From NCBI GenBank assembly GCA_002269645.1, contig NIVC01002241.1:62001-126000 (forward strand): a stretch of 64,000 nucleotides of DNA. The letters run 5' to 3'. The translations under genes and the position numbers were made by a program. Below the pieces are notes generated by a model that was not told where the DNA came from, did no database searches, and was given only the letters and a program-made list of their open reading frames with translations. Shown piece after piece: positions 1 to 11,959 of this stretch. Source of the stretch: Macrostomum lignano (lineage: Eukaryota). Every line of letters begins with the position of its first letter. Within the stretch, counting starts at the first letter, position 1.

Positions 1-150
1 TCCTGTTCACCCTACCACCCTCCTGTTCACTTTATCACCCCTCGTGTTCACCCTACCACCCCTTCTGTTCACTCTATCACCCCTCCTTTTCACCCTACCA
101 CCCTCCTGTTCACCATACCCCTGCCATCTACCCTACTTCTGTTCACACCA
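1..150. repeat. Degenerate C-rich ~20-bp tandem repeat (CCTGTTCACCCTACCACCCT) in a cyclin T intron
   Basis: Repeated unit visible at window start. Confidence 0.7.
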
Positions 151-284
151 CCCTATAATCACATTATACTCTAAACACTACCCCTAAACACGCTACACCA
201 TTAACACACACTACCAATTATTACAGTACAAACTTACTGCTTACACCATTTTTGCACCCAACAGCCGCAAAGCAAATAGCTCAC

Positions 285-713
285 CTTAGTAAGAAGCTTA
301 ACCGTCTTCTTCTCCTCCGGCGGCACTTTAGTGAGCTCGGCGATGCACTCGTCTACGGCAGCTTTGAGCAGTTCGGGCGTCATGCTGGGATCGAAGTAAT
401 TAAACCAATACTTGCCGTCAGTCTCAGTGACGGATGGCAGATCAGTGTTGCTCCAAGAGGCGGCCATCTGAACGCAGGCGGCTGCCAGAGTCTCCGGTCG
501 GAGTCTGAGCACCATCATGGTGAGGTGCAGCAGATTGGTACAGTTATAATAGGCCGTCTGGATCAAGGGTCTGGGCAGATTCAAAGCGCGACAGCCCCGA
601 CTAAGCATATTGTGCGGATGCGTGATGGTCAGGTTGAAGCCGAGACAGGGCAGGATAAGGCTCTCCAGCAGCACGATCTCTTCGCCGACTTGCGACATCT
701 CCTCGTCGCTCAC
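285..713 (-). CDS. CCNT: Cyclin T exon 3
   Basis: Acceptor TTTGCAG| at 714, donor AAG|GTGAG at 284; 143 codons, second cyclin fold. Confidence 0.88.
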
Positions 714-3700
714 CTGCAAATTAATGGAAAAAATAACCGTTTCTAAAGTTATTTTTCGATACATATCGGCTTATTAATTTTGGTGGCCGCGCACTTAGCA
801 AACTGATAATAAAAGTAGAAACCAGAAACAAAGACAAAGACCTCAGTAACTCATTTCAGTTACTGAACTCGCGCGAGTTCGAATCTCATTTTATATATTT
901 TCCTCACCTGTTTGATATCGGCCACCTGTCGCTCGTGTCGAAAGTACTGCTGCACAACGTAGGCCAGCCGACGCGGGCAATCCTCCATTTTAGCAGCCAA
1001 AAAGAAACAGGCGGCGGCCACTTTGCCCAGTGGCAGCTTGTGCGATGGCCAATAGATTAACAGGCGGTGCATCATAATGATCGCGGCGTTCATCACCACC
1101 TGGGCGCTTGAGGTGCGAATAATGGGGTAGTTATATGTAATAAATTACTCTTTACACTGTGTCTTATCCTTAAAAGAATAAATTAATAAAGTCCTAAGAT
1201 AGGCCTAAATATTTAAATATAATGAACTTTTGAGCAGGGTTGGTATTGAACAATTAACATACATCTTGTAAATCCAATGTAAATGTGTGATCTTGTCTCA
1301 GTGCCAAAACAGATTATTCCAGTATGGATTCAATTAAATCTAAGTTTCCTTTTTCCTATAACTCATAGTTATTAGATAGGCCACTTGGCAAATCTGAAGG
1401 TGAGCTACTTTTATTTCAGTAGTAAGTTAAAATTCAAACCCATGTTGCTACATTAGCAGTTCAGTCTGTTTATGTCTAGGCTAGCTCTCATTGTTTCAAT
1501 AACATCAATTATAGCACTTATATAATTCAAAACTCAAATCAAGTCAGTTGGAGTAAAATTCACATGAAGCAGTTATGGCATAATCAATTTTTCAAGCAGA
1601 AAGCATGAGTCTCAAAATTAATATGGTTATGCAATCTAAATCAAGTCTCATGCTTGGGCACAACCTTGGGATTCCCTCGGCTGTTTCTATTGGCAACACA
1701 CACATGTAAGTCGCTATTGGATGGAATAGTAGTCACGTGACTGCTCTCAGCCAATAGCGACTTACATGTGTGTGTTGCCAATAGAAATGGCCGGGTGATT
1801 CCCAAAGTTGCGCATGTATGTCAAGTCTTATACTATGCTTCCATACTGCTTTTTTCAACAATGTGACACAACTCAAGTCAGAGTCACAATTCAGTTGTGA
1901 TGCAATCTTTATTAGAATCAGAACTCAGTCATTCTTTTCTAGCATTCTTACAGTGCATTTCAAGTTGAAAAGTCTGTTTGACCTTTGCAAAAAGCTTGTT
2001 TTCGAATATTTAATCCCTTTAGCATTGAAACAATTTCTTGGCCACAATGCATGTAACATCAATCAAAAATTTCTAATTAAATGGTTAAGTTTTATGAAAA
2101 TTAGATGAGCCATTTGTTAGCATAGTGGAATTAGTAGCAAGTAGCTTATTCTATTTGTTGACAATTAATAGATAGCAAATAGTTATATATATAATTAGTT
2201 GGAGTTAGTTATTAAACTATAGTTTTTTAGAATTGTACAGAAAAAAAGCTAATATAATGAATGAATAACTTTGCAATGCAATGAAATTTTTCATTAACCC
2301 CCGAATCTGCTCTGATCTTATGATATTTTATAACACATATAAAGTAGCACAATTGCAGATAGGGGCAGTATTTAATGAGCCCAATTAATTCATATTCATT
2401 TAGCAAATTGGTATATAAAACTTATACCATAACTGTAACTTTAAAAATGGGTCAAATATTCAAAAACAATGTTTTTAATGCTTTTAATGTTTGAATTTTG
2501 AATTTTAATGCCACCATGAGGAGGGGCTTAATGCGCTAGTATAAACTAAAAAAAGAATAAAAATTTCATAAAAAAATACTTTTTCTATAAATATCTGGCT
2601 TTTATTAGAATCAAAATAAACAAAATTTTATCACCATTTTATAGAAAAAAAAACAAATTAAAAAAGCTGTGACACATAAAACAAGCCTTTTATATTTTTA
2701 AAATTGAATAAAAATGCTAAGTTCAAGGATACAGTCACTAAAAAATAAAATCCAAAGTCAATAAAAAGTACTTTTCATTTGTCAACTAATCTTCTATATT
2801 AGTTGACATATATAAAAGATATAAGTATATAAGTTTCTATCTTTAACATTTAAATATTCAATATATATTTAAAATTTGACAAATTCCTACTATTATTACA
2901 GTTTTAATAGGTTCCTTTGTTGTTACTAATATGAAAAAAAAACAAATTTTAATATGCTAAATTATGTCTAATAAAGAAGGAAAAAGGAATTAAAGCCATT
3001 AGATTTAGCAAAAAATGGCAAAAAGTATTTTTCTACAAAGAACTTATGTATTTTAGGCTTATAGCTGACTTATGGCAAAATCCAAAAATGTGGGATAAAA
3101 TGGTAAAACAAATCTGCAGACATTCAATGAAAGGTAATGTATCTAAAAAAGCTTTTGAAAGACAGATAAGTCTTTAATAAAAAAGAGTTCTGGAAAAAAA
3201 CTATTGTTTTCATGCTTTACATTGTTGAAAAAATGAGTAAAAAACACAAAAAATCTGTTTGAAAGTCCAAGTCAACCGATTTGCAATTTTTTGTTTTACT
3301 TTTTTTCATTAATTAACATTTAATTTGTATATTAAGAGACAAAAAATAAAATAAATTATTAGGCCATTACACAGAACAAACACAGAGCAAACAATATTGG
3401 TGGGGAGAGAGCCGCAAACCTACACAAAGCCTAGAAAACGTTGAGCTGTAAATTGGTTAATTTATTTTTCATCTCTTAATATATTAATTATTATTGACTA
3501 GACTGAACCCATTCCTCTATTGCCCTGTACAGTTTTTGATTTTCTTTATTTATTTAAATATATAGAATAGTGAATCATGAGTGCAAGCCCTGAAGATGAC
3601 TGCTTGTGTTGAAATGCATTGGCTATAATAATAATTTACTTATATGTTGGTGTTGGCCTTCATTTCTCTATTATTTATTAAACAAGCATCTCTACCATAA

Positions 3701-6383
3701 AATGTGAACCTACTAGCATCCAAATCAAATGCTTCCTGTAAGCTTGTGAGGTAACAAAGAAGAATGAAATGATACTAATATATATCATTGCAGCATATAT
3801 GCAGGAAAAAAAGAATTTTGCAAATTGCTTCAGTAGAAGCTGAGTAAAATGCAATTTTCTGATCCTTATGGGAATTCCAATGTGTTACCCAGCTTCCAAA
3901 TCAGATGCTTACTGTATGCTTATTAAGCGACAAAGAACAATGAAATTACGCTTAAATATATATCATTGCAGCGTGTATGCAGGAAAAATTTTTTTCCAAA
4001 TTGCTTCAGTAGAAACTAAGTAAAATGCAATTTTCTGATCCTTATGGGAAGTTGTATGCTTAAATAATAAACTTATATTGAGTATAGTACTTATTGCAAA
4101 TGAACTCTACAAAATACACATTGTCAATAGTAACAAAAGTGATAAACAAATAAACCCTTAAAAAGATATATACTAAAAGATAAACTTATAGTAAATATGC
4201 TATAGCAATATAGAATGTAATATTATAAGATACTTAAAGTTATTAAAAACATTATTAGAGCTTTTCTATCATTTTATTAGTCATTTGAGTTATAATTTAA
4301 TTTACCATTTTAACAAATCATTTCATTAAGAATAGGGTTATATGTGAATAATTTGTACTTTTATAGATGTTTCTAACTTTAAGTATCTTATTACTCAGGG
4401 AGATGTGCATGGCCCTAACCAGCCATGGATTCTTCTAGAAACATATCTTGTTGCAAACCAGTTGCCTTCCTACTTGCCTTTCTGTGGCATAGACATATAT
4501 ACGCAACCTCCAAATTCGGTCAGCTGTGCAACTTAGTTTTAACAAAAATGCAACATAGTTTTTGGCCAAAAATGTGACTTACATGTAAAAAAACCCTAAA
4601 GCAAAATTAACGCAACTTTGGGTAAACGGCAAGAGTAACTTTAACTGTCTTATTAAGCCAAAATGCCTCATCAGCTACTTAGTACTACTACTTGGTGTTT
4701 TTCTTGGGTGGGCATTTTTGCAACTTCCTTGGTTGGCTGCCAAATTGGTCAGCCAGATTGGCCGACTGTTGCGCATGTATGGGCATAGGAAAAGAGACCA
4801 CAGAGTATAATGTCACTTTCTACCCTTATTTCAATGAGGTGCAGCACAAATACCTTGGCCACCCCTAGCAGATAAATGAGCTAATTACCCCAGACAATAT
4901 CCGTGACCTTTGCGCCTTCATTTGGGACTCTGGCTAGATAAGGGTCGCCGATGCCTCCATTGCAAACTTGCCAACTACTGGCAAGGACTGGGTACATCCC
5001 CCAAGGTTAATCCTTGTGCTCTTTTACCTTGGGGGTTGCGATAGGCCTTGTGGCCTATTTGCAGCGCCCTTGCCCCACATTAGTAGTAAGTAAGTTCTAA
5101 CTTTTAAAAACTCAAATAAATTTATTTTATAGCTTCATTGCTTTCAAATTGCTAAAAACAAGTTATTCAAAAAACTTGCCCCTGATTTTTTGATTTTGCT
5201 ATATAATTTGTATATAATTTGTAGATATGCAACCCCTTGTTAGCGCCACTCTGAGACTCGCCTACGCAGCATCTGGAGTTGGGTGCGGCAACCGCCGCCT
5301 GCTGCTGCCAGGGCTCGGCAGCTCCATCATGGACTTCAACCCTTCTGCGACATGCAAGCTGCAGTCTGTTACTTGGTCTCCAAGGCCTTGATTTACACCA
5401 GCCATATGACTTAACGAAAAAAAAGATGTCAAATAAGATTTTAAGTTTAAAATTTAGGTTGTTATTATTTAATATATTACAAATGAATGATAAAAGCATT
5501 TTTATATCTTATTTATAAAATTTAGTCTAATAATAAAAAGTTAAAATATTTAATTTATACTTTTTTGAAATTTTGCTTTGTCTTATAATGTATTTATCCA
5601 AAAAGGCTCTAATTTTGCTTTAAAAAAACTTTTGAATATCAAGTCTCATTGAAAATTAAAATATACATGCGCAACTTTGGGAATCACCCGGCTGTTTCTA
5701 TTGGCAACACACACATGTAAGTCACTATTGGTTGAGAGCAGTCACGTGACTACTATTCTGTCCAATAGCGACTTACATGTGTGTGTTGCCAATAGAAATG
5801 GCTAAGTGAATCCCAAGGTTGCGCCCAAGCATGAATCAAAATATAAAAAAATGCTATAACTTTTTTACTGCTTGATAGAATTTTTCTAATAAGATCTTTA
5901 AGTTTTTATTTCATGAGGTTCTAATAGAATAAGTAATAAAAATTGAAATTTGAAACATTTGAAATTGTTTTAGTGTCTTTATATATAGTTGCTTGACTTT
6001 GAATATGTTGCTAAAGGTTTTTTATATTTGCCAAACAATAGTGCCAAAAATTGCTACCTTTTTGCTATTGTGCTATTTCAATAGTCATTGTAACAATAAC
6101 AACTATATAAAAATATTGAATACATAACAAACTTATTTTTCTACAAAACAAAAGCAAATAAAAATAAAATATTGTCAGTGTTAATTTTATGCTTGCTTAC
6201 TTACCATTTTAGACCTACACCAATCTGCTGAATTATTTGTGCTGTTTTTCTTCTAGCACACATGTCTCTTTCATGGGTGAAAACATCATCACCAGGAACA
6301 ACACCTGCACAATTTAGAATCTTTTCCAATGGATAGATAAAATTTTGTGGTGGACCTATCTCACTCATTGCTTTCTTGGACAT
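285..6383 (-). CDS. CCNT: Cyclin T-like gene, partial: join(complement 6205..6383, 908..1106, 285..713); continues beyond window start
   Basis: Spliced translation ...[32 protein letters not shown]...FFLAAKMED...[19 protein letters not shown]...TNLLHLT...[17 protein letters not shown] matches both cyclin boxes and the cyclin T-type LHLT, WSN and TDGKxW segments; GT-AG junctions are phase-compatible (2,0). Confidence 0.88.
908..1106 (-). CDS. CCNT: Cyclin T exon 2
   Basis: Acceptor CAAG|C at 1107, donor CAG|GTGAG at 907; encodes MHRL and FFLAAKMED. Confidence 0.88.
1648..1820. mobile_element. Palindromic MITE/foldback-like element, copy 1
   Basis: Perfect 37-bp inverted arms (1684-1720 / 1751-1787), imperfect outer arms to about 1661/1810, central GTCACGTGAC. 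Confidence 0.65.
3715..4050. repeat. ~180-bp diverged tandem duplication
   Basis: CAAATCA(A/G)ATGCTT...ATATATATCATTGCAGC...GTAAAATGCAATTTTCTGATCCTTATGGGAA occurs twice head to tail. Confidence 0.75.
4395..5415 (+). pseudogene. Possible decayed exon-like fragments antisense within cyclin T intron 1
   Basis: GC-richer blocks in an AT-rich intron, acceptor-like ends (TACTCAG near 4398, TTTGTAG near 5224), donor-like GTAAGT near 5088, and a long frame ([13 protein letters not shown]...) broken by two TAG codons. Protein not recognised. Confidence 0.3.
5663..5834. mobile_element. Palindromic MITE/foldback-like element, copy 2 (inverted relative to copy 1)
   Basis: Reverse complement aligns ungapped to 1648-1820 with 12 mismatches. 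Confidence 0.65.
6205..6383 (-). CDS. CCNT: Cyclin T exon 1 ([10 protein letters not shown]...GVGLK)
   Basis: Contains the helix-1 equivalent ([12 protein letters not shown] vs RQQAANLLQDMG in cyclin T1); strong donor TG|GTAAGT at 6204. Confidence 0.72.
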
Positions 6384-8390
6384 GCAAACAAATTGTTTTA
6401 AAAAATCATATTGATGAAAATCATACCAGCAACAGCAACTTTATCTAGCTAATAAAATAGCCAGAGATCGAAATTTCTTATTTTCGATATAAAAATGCTG
6501 CGTTAGATATAACTACTGGTTATATGAGACTGACAGCAGTCCTAAGACGTAGCAGTGGTATTGATAGGCCTATTATAAGTAGAGATGATACTGATAGTTG
6601 TGTTGTGGCTGTTATACAATATACACTCAGGAGGTAAGGGTAATTGACGTATTGTATCGGCCATTGAATGAACGAGATGTCGGTCGCGCCGATTTCGAAA
6701 GTTTTTATCAAATTTAAATCCATCGTATGTGGAGCATAAAATTGGTTTTGTATGTATTCTCTACTTTTAAACAATAATTTTCAACGAAAGAACATATCTG
6801 GATGTATTTTTAACGTTTTATTCTATAAAAGAGTAAAATATTATTTGTTTTACTTTGTTGCTGTAAAGTTTGCGCAAACGACATCTTCATCATCTTTCAT
6901 CTAAATATTTTTACCGTAAGTGTAGCGAGGTAAGCGAGCAACTCTAGCTGGTTGTTGCGAGTGTTAGTTATCCACTCAAAAAGGTGGAGAAATAGAATGA
7001 GGCTGTGCCTGTATATTTATTGTCTGGTAGAACACAGATTTCCAGTTCATTGAGTGCGCGTTGGGATATGTGCTCGAGCAGAGGGAAGTGGATAGGCTGG
7101 ATGGCGGTCACGGAGTGCAAACTAGGTGCCTGCGCATGCTACAGTAAGGATCTATCTTGAAAGCTTCTTGAAAGCTTTACTTATATTTCAGATGGCCCTT
7201 GGGTCTTCGTTTTTTAAACGGGTTATTCGTGTACACGATTAATCAAGATACATTGTGCATGTGCATGGGGTTAAAATATATAAGTAAAATTTTACCGAAC
7301 AAAAAAATGACTGAACCCTTCCGAGATCTATACCGAGATATCCGAGAGAGCTAGCCCTATCTGTACGTGCAAAATACATGTATGCACTGGGTACATGTAT
7401 AAGATACGCGCCCAGCGAGGCCTTTTGAGTGTAAGCGTTTAGCTACACAACACTATAACTTAGTTCGATCTATCTCAGTATTGCAAGAGCTCAATAATTT
7501 AGGCCAGGAAGAATTAGGTATTTCGTATATGTAAATATGGTCATCTACGAAAGTATAATCTTCGTCCGTCAAAATTTACTCGTTCAAGCATTCCATAAAT
7601 GGAAATCTACTACACTGTATATTACATGAATTTATCGTGATTCCAGCTAATTAAAAGTGCTATATGTCGTCCATCGGTGATTTGCAGAGAAGTATATTTG
7701 GCACTGCAAATTTTGAGTTACATGCGATTTACGCTTTTTATACGCGTCAACTATTGCAGTTAAATAATTACATGGCTTGCTAGCTGCACGGCTCACAGAG
7801 AGACAAATATGGAACTAAATTCCATGCACGAGTTCAGAATAAGATGAGCCCCGAACTTGGCTTTGACAGTCTTTGCCATAAATGGTCACGCTCAACTAGC
7901 CGAGAATCTCAGCCGAGAAGATAGTCAGCTTTGCAGAGGCCGATCGGCATTGAGCTCGCAAGGCTGCAGCGTGAGGCGGCAGAGCAGCTCGGGTTTAAAT
8001 AGCGTCAATTACACGGAAAGACAAGTCGCTGCAGCCTGCTATTATTACTTTGCTTGTCTCTGAGGCAGCTGAGCACTAATTTTGCAACTTTTATTCGTCT
8101 TCTTTGTTTTGTTGCGTTGACCGAGGGAGTTCGGCGTAATTCTTTTGTCGCAACAAATTGCGGGTTGTGACAAGACACGAAAATCTAAATATAAAGCATA
8201 ACTCTGCTTCATCTGCATAATCTGTTAGCCAGGTGGCAGGCGTTTTATTTAGCAATCTGCATTTGCAGAGAAAAGCCTTCGAAACTGCTAATAAATAGGC
8301 AAAATACTTAGACTTTTGCGTTTCAAATGGGCAGGCTTGGATAATCCTGGTGTGGTGCAGTAAGGGCTTTTGCCATAGACTAAAAGTTTA

Positions 8391-9420
8391 GGATCAGGGA
8401 TGCAGCAATTTAGTCCATTAGATCAGTGATGCAGCAATTCAGTCCAACTGAAGGATTAGGGATGCAGCGATTCAGTCCAACTGAAGGATTAGGGATGCAG
8501 CGATTCAGTCCAACTGAAGGATCAGTGATGCAGCAATTCAGTCCAACTGAAGGATCAGGGATGCAGTAACTCAAGTCCAACTGAAGGATCAGGGATGCAG
8601 CTACATGCAGCAATTCAGTCTAACTGAAGGATCAGGGATGCAGCAATTCAGTCCAACTGATGGATCAGGGATGCAGCAATTCAGTCCAACTGATGGATCA
8701 GGGATGCAGCAATTCAGTCCAACTGAAGGATCAGGGATGCAGCAATTCAGTCCAACTGATGGATCAGGGATGCAGCAATTCAGTCCAAGTGAAGGATCAG
8801 GGATGCAGCAATTCAGTCCAACTGAAGGATCAGGGATGCAGCAATTCAGTCAAACTGAAGGATCAGGGATGCAGCAATTCAGTCCAACTGAAGGATCAGG
8901 GATGCAGCAATTCAGTCCAACTGAAGGATCAGGGATGCAGCAATTCAGTCCAACTGATGGATCAGGGATGCAGCAATTCAGTCCAAGTGAAGGATCAGGG
9001 ATGCAGCAATTCAGTCCAACTGAAGGATCAGGGATGCAGCAATTCAGTCCAACTGAAGGATCAGGGATGCAGCAATTCAGTCCAACTGAAGGATCAGGGA
9101 TGCAGCAATTCAGTCCAACTGAAGGATCAGGGATGCAGCAATTCAGTCCAACTGATGGATCAGGGATGCAGCAATTCAGTCCAAGTGAAGGATCAGGGAT
9201 GCAGCAATTCAGTCCAACTGAAGGATCAGGGATGCAGCAATTCAGTCCAACTGAAGGATCAGGGATGCAGCAATTCAGTCCAACTGAAGGATCAGGGATG
9301 CAGCAATTCAGTCCAACTGAAGGATCAGAGATGCAGCAATTCAGTCCAACTGATGGATCAGGGATGCAGCAATTCAGTCCAACTGAAGGATCAGGGATGC
9401 AGCAATTCAGTCCAACTGAA
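8391..9420. repeat. 33-bp minisatellite (GGATCAGGGATGCAGCAATTCAGTCCAACTGAA), about 31 copies
   Basis: Head-to-tail near-identical units, no spacers. Confidence 0.95.
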
Positions 9421-10214
9421 CACTGAAGATTAGCAAAAGACAAACCCAAGTTCCCTTGGACAAATCCTGAATATCTTTTGCTTCACAAAACATAACTAAA
9501 ACATATAGCTAAACATATGTTTTTAACTATTATATTTGACTAAGCATTCTATTGCAATACAAACAGAATTCTAACGACAATATAGCGCAGATGATGTAAA
9601 TTAAAAAGATTTATAAAGCCAAAATAGATCGATAATGATTGACACTGCAACGCAAGATCCATGTCACAAAAATAAAGTTTAGTAAAATTCAATCTAAGCA
9701 TTATTGAATTAAATTTAAAGTTAGCTTATAGTATACATAAAATTAATAATTCAGATCTAGGCGTAAAATTTTTCTAAGAAATTGTTCTAATAAATAACGT
9801 AATCGCATCTAAAAAATTGTATACTAGAAAAAATTAGTGAAACAATTTCTAATTAACAAATCGATTTTCCAAAAGTGCTAAAAGTGCAAATTCTAGAGAA
9901 AAATAGCGTAACTATACGAGCGTATAGCTCATTTTAAACAAAACTACAAAACGTCGCAAAAAATATAACCGAGATTTAAATCTATGATAAAAATTGAAGA
10001 AAAAATGTGATGAAAAAGTAATGCAAAAGCGAGTAAACAGGAACTCTTCGACAAACGAGTATTTAATCATGTGAAAATAATCCTATTGTTAGGATTTGTG
10101 GAATGCAGAGCGATGTTTCTTAAAAAATTGGATTAAAATAACTTTTATTACTATTACAGCTTCGGGAGCTACAAAAGTCGTCAAACGTTAAGCTCTGGGG
10201 AAGTGACAGCCAAA

Positions 10215-10325
10215 CCCGGAGAGAGTGACACACCGGAGAGTGACACACCGAAGAGTGACACACCGAAGAGTGACACATCGGAGAGTGACACACTGGAGAG
10301 TGACACACTGGAGAGTGACACACCA
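10215..10325. repeat. 15-bp tandem repeat (GAGAGTGACACACCG)
   Basis: About 7 units visible. Confidence 0.85.
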
Positions 10326-10554
10326 AAAAGTAACAGAGAGTGCCAGTCTAACGGCTGGGAGTGACAGTCATGTCGGTAAGAGAGACACTTAAACTCGAAA
10401 GATTGATCGTCAATCTGGAGAGAGTGACGGTCAGACCGTTGGGGGGTGACCGTCAGACCCAAGGACTACTTAACATCTCAGAATTTTACACTCACGAATG
10501 GCATAAATTCTAGAAGACGCCGCTTTTTAGTAAGTCCTTTCTTTGGTCAGAAAT

Positions 10555-10820
10555 TGAAAGTGACAGTCAGACCATTTAGAGTGACAGTCAGACCATTGGG
10601 AGTGACATAAGACCTTTGAGAGTGACAATCAGACCATCGGGGTGACAATCAGACAATTGAGAGTGACATTCAGACCATTGAGAGTGACAGTCAGACCATT
10701 GAGAGTGACAGTCAGACCATTGAGAGTGACAGTCTGACCATTGAGAGTGACAGTCAGACCATTGAGAGTGACAGTCAGACCATTGAGAGTGACAGTCACA
10801 CCATTGAGAGTGACAGTCAA
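10555..10820. repeat. 21-bp tandem repeat (GAGAGTGACAGTCAGACCATT) abutting the GPCR stop codon
   Basis: About 12 units; shares the GAGAGTGACA core with the 15-bp array. Confidence 0.9.
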
Positions 10821-11959
10821 ACAGCGGCAGGCGTAGGGCGCGACTGTTGCTGAGCACCAGCCAGGCAGCATCGTCGGGCACGCGCGGTGCAACGCCGATC
10901 AGCGTAGACCAGGGGTTCCAGCACGCTGGCCAGGTGAGTCAGCAGCTCAGTGTACAGGCGACCCAGCTGGAGGCTGGATGGACAGAAGATGCCAGCGCTG
11001 CCTCTGAGCCAATCGGCGAAGGCAAACGACGCCAGAGGCGCTCGGCAGGCGGCGAACAGCGGCACCAGCAGCGCCAGGGCGCGCATGGCTCGACGAAGTT
11101 GCCGACGCTGCGGCTCGGTTGAAGACGACGCACCAGCAGCGCTGGCTGCCGCGTAGGATGACGAGGCGGCCGAGGAGGAAAATCGGCAGAACAGGCGACG
11201 GGAGGAGTCACCCTGCAGCTGGCTCTGATGATGCACGCGCAGCTCCCAGACTCCGGGCAGATGAGGAGGCTGAAGTCTCTTGCTGCCGCGCCCGATTCGA
11301 CGCCCGATGACGAAGTTGCAGACGGCGAGGGCGAATAAAGCGGCGAGGAACTCGCAGCTGGACAGCAGGCACTGGCAGCGCCACAGGCGAAGGACGACGG
11401 CGGCGTCTACGTCGGCCAGAGCGGCGCTGAGAGCGCAGGCGACTGGCACCTGCAGGACGGCGCTGAACAACCACGGCGAAGCGACGAGCAGCGGCCACAG
11501 GCGGCAGGCCGGCGAGCGAGTCGACGCATCGATCGACGATGTAGACGGGCGACCCCGGCGGAAGGCGAGGCGCGCTCGGTCCAGGGCGATGGCGATGGCG
11601 GCCAGGGCTGGCGCGGACTGGGCGTAGCCGAGGATCAGGTCCAGGGCGAGGGCGACGGCGACGGAAGGCGCTGCCACGGTCGGGCGGCTCCGCAGCCAGG
11701 TCAGCGGAGTGGTAAGGGCGAGGATCAGCTCGGCGAGGGCGAGGTTGGCCACCAGGGCGGCGTGCAGGCGGCACCGGGGGCCGCCGCTGCCGCGCCAGGC
11801 TGCCAGAGCGGCGAAGTTGGCGGCCGCGCCGGCTGCCGCGATGAGCACCGAGACGGAGCCGGCGGCGGTGAAAGCCGCGGCATCAGCGGCGGTTCCATTC
11901 TCTTCGAAGCTCCAGTTGGTGGAGCACAGATTGGCTGGCTGACCGGTCAATGGATCCAT
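10817..11959 (-). CDS. Intronless divergent class A (rhodopsin-like) GPCR, 380 aa
   Basis: Seven hydrophobic segments with degenerate class A landmarks: TM1 AN, TM2 NLALAE, TM3 ALDRA, TM4 W...P, TM6 FAACRAP, TM7 LEPLVY; N-terminal NWS and NGT sequons. Confidence 0.8.
   Translation of the reverse strand: MDPLTGQPANLCSTNWSFEENGTAADAAAFTAAGSVSVLIAAAGAAANFAALAAWRGSGGPRCRLHAALVANLALAELILALTTPLTWLRSRPTVAAPSVAVALALDLILGYAQSAPALAAIAIALDRARLAFRRGRPSTSSIDASTRSPACRLWPLLVASPWLFSAVLQVPVACALSAALADVDAAVVLRLWRCQCLLSSCEFLAALFALAVCNFVIGRRIGRGSKRLQPPHLPGVWELRVHHQSQLQGDSSRRLFCRFSSSAASSSYAAASAAGASSSTEPQRRQLRRAMRALALLVPLFAACRAPLASFAFADWLRGSAGIFCPSSLQLGRLYTELLTHLASVLEPLVYADRRCTARARRCCLAGAQQQSRPTPAAV

Noticed and set aside
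8605-9449. Long ORFs with MQQFSPTEGSG-type repeats
   Set aside because: Open in several frames on both strands because the 33-bp unit lacks stops there; no unique coding flanks or splice context.
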